IMG/VR virus record: IMGVR_UViG_3300029384_000086
Span: 1-5,898 of that record
Strand: one strand, 5' to 3'
Origin: a virus
Length of the DNA: 5,898 nt
In this document: one piece after another, positions 1-5,262 of the stretch
How the letters are laid out: each line of letters begins with the position of its first letter
Position numbering within the stretch: position 1 is the stretch's first letter
Made by a program: the position numbers and the translations under genes
Notes under the pieces: model-generated
What the model was told of the DNA's origin: nothing
The model's database searches: none
Seen by the model: the letters and a program-made list of their open reading frames with translations, nothing else

Positions 1-1148
1 ACGATGATGACGCAGATTACTACGACAGAGGCCCAGACGAACAGGAACTCTTAATGAACGCAAGACTGGGAGGGCAATGCTTACCGGTAAATAAATTCCA
101 CGACTACTTCACAAGTTGCCTGCCGTCTCCTCAGCGAGGGCCGGAAGTGACGATCGCTCTGACAGGAAATGCACCTGTAAGGCCATACAGCGATACAAAA
201 CTAGAAAACATAAGCAGAGGAGGAGAAGTAAACTACTTAAATGGAATTAACAGCGCAACAGCAGGGATTCAGCTAATAGGTGGAGCAGGAGGCGAAGGAA
301 ACCCGGTAAAACTAGGCGTAAACGAAAACAACGATAATCTAAATGAGAGCAGTGCAGCATACCTAGGCGCAGACCTTAGCAACATCGAAGCAGCAACAAT
401 CAACCAGTTGAGACAGGCTTTTGCAGTTCAGCACTACTACGAAGCACTGGCACGTGGCGGCAGTCGATACCGTGAACAGGTAAGAACACTTTTTGGCGTA
501 ACCATCAGCGATAAAACCGCACAGATCCCGGAGTATCTGGGTGGTGGGCGCTATCACGTCAACATTAACCAAATCATACAGACAAGCGGACAGCAGACCG
601 ATGCAGACACGCCTATTGGCGAAACCGGTGCAATGTCTGTAACACCTATCAACGAAAGTTCTTTTACCAAGAGCTTTGAAGAGCACGGATTCATTATCGG
701 TGTGCTATGCGTTCGCCATAATCGAAGCTATCAGCAAGGTTTGGAGCGATTCTGGAGCCGCACTGACAGACTGGACTACTATTTCCCGCAGTTTGCAAAT
801 CTTGGCGAACAGCCTGTCAAGAAAAAGGAAATCAAATTAACCGGAACGGCAACGGACGATGAAACGTTCGGCTACCAGGAAGCATGGGCCGACTATCGAA
901 TGAAACCGAACCGGGTAAGCGGTAAAATGCGGAGCAATGCAGAAGGAACACTCGACTTCTGGCACTATGCAGACAACTACAAAGAAGTACCTACACTAAG
1001 TTCGAGCTGGATGAGCGAAGGAAAAGCCGAAATCGCACGAACGCTCATCGTAGAAAATGAGCCTCAGTTCTTCGGTGCAATCCGAGTAATGAACAAAACA
1101 ACGCGCTGCATGCCGCTGTATAGTGTACCGGGGCTGGAAAAACTGTAA
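1..1148 (+). CDS. VP1: Major capsid protein VP1, C-terminal part. This is the continuation of the CDS starting at 5249 across the circular junction; positions 1-118 duplicate 5781-5898. The full protein is about 559 aa.
   Basis: Read by hand, the frame from 5249 runs in-frame into the 54..1148 track ORF (…DDDDADYYDRGPDEQELLMNARLGG…). Size and composition fit Microviridae/Gokushovirinae major capsid proteins. The stop TAA is at 1146-1148. Confidence 0.88.
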   Translation, partial: DDDADYYDRGPDEQELLMNARLGGQCLPVNKFHDYFTSCLPSPQRGPEVTIALTGNAPVRPYSDTKLENISRGGEVNYLNGINSATAGIQLIGGAGGEGNPVKLGVNENNDNLNESSAAYLGADLSNIEAATINQLRQAFAVQHYYEALARGGSRYREQVRTLFGVTISDKTAQIPEYLGGGRYHVNINQIIQTSGQQTDADTPIGETGAMSVTPINESSFTKSFEEHGFIIGVLCVRHNRSYQQGLERFWSRTDRLDYYFPQFANLGEQPVKKKEIKLTGTATDDETFGYQEAWADYRMKPNRVSGKMRSNAEGTLDFWHYADNYKEVPTLSSSWMSEGKAEIARTLIVENEPQFFGAIRVMNKTTRCMPLYSVPGLEKL

Positions 1149-1160
1149 AGAAAGGAGGAA

Positions 1161-1184
1161 GCCGGGTCAAAACCCGGCTATTTT
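1161..1184 (+). terminator. Rho-independent terminator or attenuator hairpin after VP1: GCCGGGT-caaa-ACCCGGC followed by TATTTT.
   Basis: Perfect 7-bp GC-rich stem (1161-1167 pairs with 1172-1178), 4-nt loop and a T-tract, placed 13 nt after the VP1 stop. The U-tract is short, so termination is probably partial, as with phiX174 terminators. Confidence 0.6.
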
Positions 1185-1187
1185 AAA

Positions 1188-2045
1188 ATGGCGATTCCAT
1201 GGGGAACAATTTTAAGAGGAGTAAACGTACTTGGCAATGTAGCATCAAGCGTAGGGAGCATAACAAACGCAGTAAAAAACGTTACAGGCTCTTTTGGCGG
1301 TTGGGGAAACGATGGAACAGAACAAAGCAGCGGAGGAAGTGTAAGCCAAGGCGTTGGAACATCCGCAAGCGGGAGTCAATCTGGAACAAATGATGAACAA
1401 ATCGCAAAATATTTACAGCAAGCGTATGGATACCAAAGCGCGGAGGGCATAGCACAACAAAAATACAACCAAAAAAGTATGCTGCAGCAGATGGGATACA
1501 ACACGATGCAAGCCATCATGCAAGGCGTATATAACCACATCGAAAACACAGCCGCAATGAATTACAACAGCGCCGAAGCACTAGCAAACAGACAGTTTCA
1601 AGAGCGTATGAGCAACACATCATATCAAAGAGCGGTTGAGGACATGAAAAAAGCGGGTATAAACCCAATTCTAGCATTTGCAAACGGTGGAGCAAGCACA
1701 CCGGGAGGATCGGCTGGAACAATCAGCGGAGCAAGCATGGGACTAGCAAGCAGCAGCGCACTAGGAGTAAGCAGAAGCGGCGGATTTGTTCCAAACTCGT
1801 ACAGCAGCACAAGTTGGAGTAAATCAGACTGGTATAACGCTTCACAAAGCTGGAATCAAATGCTAAGTGAAACACATCAAAGTCCTTACGGCCTAATGAA
1901 AGCACTAACGAATATCGATAGCGAAACAAACAAAACAATTGAAAAAATCACGGATAAAACAAAAGGCAATAACAAAGTAGGCCACAAGACAGAAAACCCA
2001 AAGCAGAATAAAACAGGACTCTGGGCAAAAAAGAAAGCCAGGTGA
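1188..2045 (+). CDS. VP2: Minor capsid / DNA pilot protein VP2 (285 aa).
   Basis: Gly/Ser-rich N- and C-terminal regions and the hallmark gokushovirus VP2 block …NRQFQERMSNTSYQRAVEDMKKAGINPILAF…. It sits directly downstream of VP1. Confidence 0.85.
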   Translation: MAIPWGTILRGVNVLGNVASSVGSITNAVKNVTGSFGGWGNDGTEQSSGGSVSQGVGTSASGSQSGTNDEQIAKYLQQAYGYQSAEGIAQQKYNQKSMLQQMGYNTMQAIMQGVYNHIENTAAMNYNSAEALANRQFQERMSNTSYQRAVEDMKKAGINPILAFANGGASTPGGSAGTISGASMGLASSSALGVSRSGGFVPNSYSSTSWSKSDWYNASQSWNQMLSETHQSPYGLMKALTNIDSETNKTIEKITDKTKGNNKVGHKTENPKQNKTGLWAKKKAR

Positions 2046-2054
2046 TTATCTGAA

Positions 2055-3074
2055 ATGAGTTGTTACAAGCCATTAATAAGGCTGTACAACCCGGATGATA
2101 GAGAACAGAGCGGACGGGTGTACTCACTCGCCCGCTTTTCTCAGCTAAGCGGGAAACAGCTAAAATATGAAGATTTGATGTATAATCCGAAAGTTATGTT
2201 AATACCATGCGGACAATGCATCGGATGCAGAATCAGGCAACGAGAGGACTGGACAACACGAATCGAGCTAGAAGCAAGAAATTACCCAAAAGAACAGGTA
2301 TGGTTTATCACACTAACTTATGATGACGACCATGTACCAGGCATGATAATAAAAACAGGTGAAATCATGCGAAAAGTACAATACACGTGGAAGCCGGGAG
2401 AGAAGCGTCCAGAAAGCGTCCAAATTCTAATGTATGAAGATATTCAAAAGTTCTTAAAACGTCTCAGAAAGGCTTACAGGGGCAAATTACGCTATTTTGT
2501 AGCGGGTGAATACGGAGAGCAAACGGCAAGGCCACACTATCACATGATACTATACGGTTGGGAACCGACAGACTTAGAAAATCTATACAAAATCCATCAC
2601 AACGGGTACTACAACAGCAAATGGCTAGCAGATCTGTGGGGAATGGGTCAGATACAGATAGCACAAGCAGTTCCAGAGACCTACAGATATGTTGCGGGAT
2701 ACGTTACAAAAAAAATGTACGAACTAGACGGAAAGAAAGCCAATGCATACTACGAGTTAGGGCAAACAAAACCTTTTGCTTGCATGAGCTTAAAGCCAGG
2801 ACTCGGAGACCAATATTACCAAGAACACAAAGAAGAGATATGGAGACAGGGATACATTCAATGCACCAACGGAAAACAAGCGCAGATTCCAAGATACTAC
2901 GAAAAGCAAATGGAAGCAGAAAACCCACAAAGATTGTGGAGAGTCAAACAGAACCGGCAGAAAAACGCAATCGAACAGAAGCGCCTACAGCTAGAGAACC
3001 AGGACTATAAGACAGTCCTAGAAACAAAAGAACGTGTCACCAAAAAACAAACGAAGAAGCGTGGAATTCTATAA
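2055..3074 (+). CDS. VP4: Replication initiation protein VP4, a rolling-circle HUH endonuclease (339 aa).
   Basis: Conserved gokushovirus VP4 motifs: Cys cluster PCGQCIGCR, RCR motif 1 FITLTY, motif 2 RPHYHMILYG (HuH), motif 3 YVAGYVTKK (catalytic Tyr). SD AGGTGA lies about 10 nt upstream of the ATG. Confidence 0.9.
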   Translation: MSCYKPLIRLYNPDDREQSGRVYSLARFSQLSGKQLKYEDLMYNPKVMLIPCGQCIGCRIRQREDWTTRIELEARNYPKEQVWFITLTYDDDHVPGMIIKTGEIMRKVQYTWKPGEKRPESVQILMYEDIQKFLKRLRKAYRGKLRYFVAGEYGEQTARPHYHMILYGWEPTDLENLYKIHHNGYYNSKWLADLWGMGQIQIAQAVPETYRYVAGYVTKKMYELDGKKANAYYELGQTKPFACMSLKPGLGDQYYQEHKEEIWRQGYIQCTNGKQAQIPRYYEKQMEAENPQRLWRVKQNRQKNAIEQKRLQLENQDYKTVLETKERVTKKQTKKRGIL

Positions 3075-3086
3075 TTGGTGTCACCT

Positions 3087-3123
3087 AGCCCAGTACCTAT
3101 CAAGTAGAGTACTGGGCTTTATT
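3087..3123 (+). terminator. Terminator-like hairpin after VP4: AGCCCAGTAC / GTACTGGGCT (10-bp perfect stem, 12-nt loop with inner CTA/TAG pairing) followed by TTATT.
   Basis: The inverted repeat was read directly. It begins 13 nt after the VP4 stop and is followed by a T-rich tract that runs into the iteron block. Confidence 0.5.
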
Positions 3124-3166
3124 AGTCTAAATTAGTCTAATCGATTAGTCTAAATTAGTCTAATCG
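3121..3166 (+). repeat. Four direct copies of ATTAGTCTAA, arranged as a perfect tandem duplication of the 23-bp unit ATTAGTCTAAATTAGTCTAATCG. Each 10-mer is itself a near-palindrome (TTAG-T-CTAA).
   Basis: Copies at 3121-3130, 3131-3140, 3144-3153 and 3154-3163. The 23-mer units are 3121-3143 and 3144-3166. Confidence 0.85.
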
Positions 3167-3220
3167 CGCACACACGTACGCGCGGAAATGCACGCGCACG
3201 CGTGCGCACGTATTATAATA
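3165..3220 (+). promoter_or_regulatory. GC-rich palindrome island abutting an AT-rich tract; candidate (+)-strand replication origin or Rep recognition region.
   Basis: Hairpin CGCGC-(acacacgtac)-GCGCG at 3165-3184. Perfect 14-bp palindrome GCGCACGCGTGCGC at 3194-3207. Motifs GCGCAC (x3) and CACGTA (x2). Immediately followed by TATTATAATATAAC (3211-3224). This is about 70% GC inside an AT-rich genome. Confidence 0.45.
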
Positions 3221-3248
3221 TAACTTGTTGTAGTCGTAGTAGTAGGGT

Positions 3249-3415
3249 ATGTTGAAAAGTTGAAAACTATAATTTTAAAACGTTAGAGCGTTAAAATAAG
3301 CAAAAAACAATGTTGAAAACTTTGTTGAAAACTTGTTGAAATGTTGAAACACTCTGTTGTGCTAAAGTTTAACAATGTTGAAATGTTGAAAACTATGTTG
3401 AAAATGTTGAAAACT
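3249..3415 (+). repeat. Array of 10 direct repeats, core TTGAAA, mostly (A)TGTTGAAAA(C), in three clusters spaced 8-12 bp apart (iteron-like phased A-tracts).
   Basis: TTGAAA cores start at 3252, 3260, 3313, 3325, 3336, 3344, 3378, 3386, 3398 and 3406. No ORF is possible because stops occur in all frames. Confidence 0.85.
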
Positions 3416-3450
3416 CAAATAGAAGCAGTCCGGAATCGAACGGGAAAGTC

Positions 3451-3501
3451 TCGGCCGCGCTTCGCTGGAAGTTGCGCCGCGTAGCGCGCAACGGCGGCCA
3501 T
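3451..3501 (+). other. GC-rich compound hairpin: outer stem GGCCGC/GCGGCC (3453-3458 pairs with 3494-3499) enclosing inner stem GTTGCGC/GCGCAAC (3471-3477 pairs with 3486-3492). Candidate complementary-strand origin or structured ssDNA signal.
   Basis: Inverted repeats were read directly. The element sits about 30-75 nt upstream of the consensus promoter in the intergenic region. Confidence 0.45.
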
Positions 3502-3503
3502 CT

Positions 3504-3562
3504 AATGAAAAATTCTGCAGAAGACTTGACAATTGTAAAGAAATGTGGTACAATAGAGTCAG
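3504..3562 (+). promoter_or_regulatory. Consensus sigma70-type promoter with an A-rich UP-like tract (AATGAAAAATT), -35 TTGACA (3526-3531), a 17-bp spacer, and an extended -10 TGgTACAAT (3546-3554). Predicted TSS is near 3561.
   Basis: Exact TTGACA, a 17-nt spacer (counted) and TACAAT preceded by TGg. The 8-bp palindrome ACAATTGT overlaps the -35/spacer and could be an operator. Confidence 0.7.
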
Positions 3563-3582
3563 AAAGAGAGGTAAGCAATATT

Positions 3583-3759
3583 ATGTACGAATACACCGAA
3601 AATAAAAAGGTAAAATGGTACAAGTCGCCCATTGACAACAGCATAAGGTTCCCTTATACTTACAACAAGAAGATGAAGTGTTGGGATAACCGGACATGCC
3701 AACTGTCAAGACAAAGAATCCACCAGCTAGAAAAAGAAAACAAAATAATGTGGATGTAA
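3583..3759 (+). CDS. Hypothetical small protein (58 aa), first ORF downstream of the consensus promoter.
   Basis: The ATG at 3583 is preceded by GAGAGG (about 9 nt upstream) and lies 20-25 nt downstream of the predicted TSS. The longer 3472 start in the track lies upstream of the promoter, inside the GC hairpin. I recognise no similarity. Confidence 0.4.
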   Translation: MYEYTENKKVKWYKSPIDNSIRFPYTYNKKMKCWDNRTCQLSRQRIHQLEKENKIMWM

Positions 3760-3774
3760 CGAAAGGAAACCAAC

Positions 3775-4158
3775 ATGAAAGATATTCTATACGTCAAAGC
3801 AGACCACGGACATCTAAGCGAGCACTTTAAAGCAAAAGAGTTCCAGTGCAAAGACAAAACAGAAGGACTGCTAATAGCAAAAGAACTTCTGGAGATACTG
3901 GAAAAAATCCGAAACCACTTCAACGCACCAGTCATCATCAACAGCGGATACCGTACGCCGAGCTGGAATGCAAAAGTAAACGGAGCATCAAACAGCTACC
4001 ACTGCAAAGGGATGGCGGCAGATATCGTAGTAAAAGGACACAGCAGCAGAGAAGTCGCAAAATACGCGAATAGCATCATGGAGCAAGGCGGCGTAATCAA
4101 ATACACGAATTTCACACACGTTGATGTGCGCGAAGAGCGATACAGAAAGGGGGTGTAG
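3775..4158 (+). CDS. Peptidase_M15_3 family zinc D-Ala-D-Ala carboxypeptidase-like peptidoglycan hydrolase (127 aa); putative lysis enzyme.
   Basis: Family signature H…EF.C.D…, INSGYRTPSWNAKVNGASNSYHCKGMAADI, FTHVDVR, with H/D/H zinc ligands. SD AAAGGAAA lies about 7 nt upstream. No signal peptide or TM segment. Confidence 0.85.
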   Translation: MKDILYVKADHGHLSEHFKAKEFQCKDKTEGLLIAKELLEILEKIRNHFNAPVIINSGYRTPSWNAKVNGASNSYHCKGMAADIVVKGHSSREVAKYANSIMEQGGVIKYTNFTHVDVREERYRKGV

Positions 4159-4161
4159 CCA

Positions 4162-4266
4162 ATGGCATTGATTAAGATTAAAGACTTACGAGAAGCAATC
4201 CAGCTGATTAAAAACGTCCTCGAAAAGCTAGACGAGATTTACCACATTCTGAAAGAAAGGGAGTAA
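4162..4266 (+). CDS. Hypothetical 34-aa protein (MALIKIKDLREAIQLIKNVLEKLDEIYHILKERE), an amphipathic helix.
   Basis: Strong SD AAGGGGG lies 8 nt upstream of the ATG. The ORF starts 4 nt after the peptidase stop and ends 4 nt before the next ORF, which looks like translational coupling. It was below the ORF-track length cutoff and I translated it by hand. Confidence 0.35.
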   Translation: MALIKIKDLREAIQLIKNVLEKLDEIYHILKERE

Positions 4267-4269
4267 AGC

Positions 4270-4515
4270 ATGATGAACAAAACATGGAATGTACGAGACC
4301 AGACCGAAGAAGCACTCAGGCTAGAAGCCGAAAGGCTATACAAGCAGATAGCAACCGGATACAAAACAATCAAAAAAGTTTCGGATATAGAAGACGCAAA
4401 AAAGCTCATGGACCAAATCTGGGTTATGAAGAAATGGGCTAACGACATCGAAATGGAACTGATTAGAAGGGAGTACACATATGAAGCACAGGCAGCGGAT
4501 GCCGGCACGTACTGA
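4270..4515 (+). CDS. Hypothetical 81-aa acidic, helical protein.
   Basis: SD AAGGGAG lies 8 nt upstream of the ATG. Tight packing with the upstream ORFs. I recognise no family. Confidence 0.55.
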   Translation: MMNKTWNVRDQTEEALRLEAERLYKQIATGYKTIKKVSDIEDAKKLMDQIWVMKKWANDIEMELIRREYTYEAQAADAGTY

Positions 4516-4613
4516 CAAGCGAATGTTCAACGTAACGGCACGAAAAACGAAGAGTATCAACATCAGCCAGAAACCCATGCGGGGCGGCATCAGACTGTAA
4601 AGGAGAAAAAAAC

Positions 4614-4856
4614 ATGATTCATGGATACTATGGCATCTACGACAGCGTAGCAAAATGTTACTGCTACATCGGAGAAAGCAAGAGCAACGAAACCTTTGCA
4701 CGAATGTGCAATATCATGGCAAAGGACGAGAAGACGTTCCTGGGCCAGTCGCCCGAAGACTACAAGGGCTACCATGTCGCAAACTTCAACGATGAAACCG
4801 GCAGCTTCGACAGCATCGAGCCGGACAAGGTCTGGGAGGGCAAGCCGCATGAATAA
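4614..4856 (+). CDS. VP5: VP5-like small protein (80 aa), gokushovirus DNA-binding/packaging protein family.
   Basis: SD AAGGAG lies 9 nt upstream. The pattern …YGIYDSVAK.Y…FARM…SPEDYKGYHVANFNDETGSF… matches the conserved PEDY/F…G.FD..TG signature of gokushovirus VP5 proteins as I recall it. Its position immediately upstream of VP3-VP1 is canonical. Confidence 0.7.
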   Translation: MIHGYYGIYDSVAKCYCYIGESKSNETFARMCNIMAKDEKTFLGQSPEDYKGYHVANFNDETGSFDSIEPDKVWEGKPHE

Positions 4857-5262
4857 ACGATACGAGGAAGGGCGAAAGCCCTTCTTTTCAGATCCGGGCG
4901 AAAAAATGCGTAAACAGTACGTCTTGGGTAAGGACGAAAAAGGCAACAAAAAACTGATGGAGAAGGAGCCAATCGACATTCAAGCCGAAATTGAAAGCTA
5001 CGCAGACGAATGCGACATCAAAAATATTGTCCGCAGAGCAAGCTTTGATCCTCAATTCGCAAAAAGTCTGGTAGACAGCGCAGAAACGGACGAAATCGTA
5101 GATATCACCGAATGGCCGACAAACATTCACGAATATAAGGCCATGATGGCAACGGCACAAGCTGCAGCAAGAGAAATCCAACGAATCCAGAAAAAAGTTG
5201 CAGAAGTACCTGTAGAAGTACCTGTAAAAAAGGAGAAGAACAAGAACAATGAACCGGAATAA
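4849..5262 (+). CDS. VP3: VP3-like internal scaffolding protein (137 aa).
   Basis: The ATG at 4849 is preceded by GGGAGGG (8 nt) and overlaps the VP5 stop (ATGAATAA). Acidic, helical protein of VP3-like size, placed immediately upstream of VP1 as in gokushoviruses. The longer 4696 start in the track would overlap VP5 and has no RBS. Confidence 0.6.
   Translation: MNKRYEEGRKPFFSDPGEKMRKQYVLGKDEKGNKKLMEKEPIDIQAEIESYADECDIKNIVRRASFDPQFAKSLVDSAETDEIVDITEWPTNIHEYKAMMATAQAAAREIQRIQKKVAEVPVEVPVKKEKNKNNEPE

Noticed and set aside
2558-3010. 150-aa +-strand alternative-frame ORF inside VP4 (R/K/S-rich), and a similar 75-aa ORF at 3846..4073 inside the peptidase gene.
   Set aside because: These are basic, low-complexity translations of the purine-rich coding strand. 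There is no RBS, and they are fully embedded in well-supported genes.
3211-3219. TATAAT hexamer at 3214-3219 as a second promoter.
   Set aside because: There is no acceptable -35 at 16-18 bp upstream (the region is the GC palindrome). No ORF follows within the repeat region.
3193-3230. dif-like XerC/XerD site (GTGCGCA…AT-rich), as used by gokushovirus prophages that integrate at dif.
   Set aside because: Only the GTGCGCA arm resembles the XerC half-site. The spacing and the XerD arm (TTATGTTAAAT) do not align with TATTATAATATAAC, so it cannot be supported without a host dif to compare.
3421-3503. tRNA gene, or attP-like tRNA 3' fragment, on the minus strand. The reverse complement contains CCCGTTCGATTCCGG, a T-arm-like GTTCGATTC motif, followed by ACTGCTTCT.
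   Set aside because: No complementary 5' acceptor half, D-arm or anticodon arm could be found in a tRNA-length span. The T-stem has a C-C mismatch. No integrase is encoded. It is probably a chance resemblance within the GC hairpin, though a cmscan or tRNAscan run would settle it.
3472-3582. Longer N-terminal extension of the 58-aa ORF (track ORF 3472..3759).
   Set aside because: The ATG at 3472 lies inside the GC hairpin and upstream of the consensus promoter and TSS. The ATG at 3583 has an RBS and is correctly placed downstream of the promoter.
4696-4848. Long N-terminal extension of VP3 (track ORF 4696..5262).
   Set aside because: It would overlap VP5 in another frame for 150 nt with no RBS. 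It is an R/S/T-rich artefactual translation. The ATG at 4849 has a GGGAGGG SD and the stop/start overlap typical of coupled phage genes.
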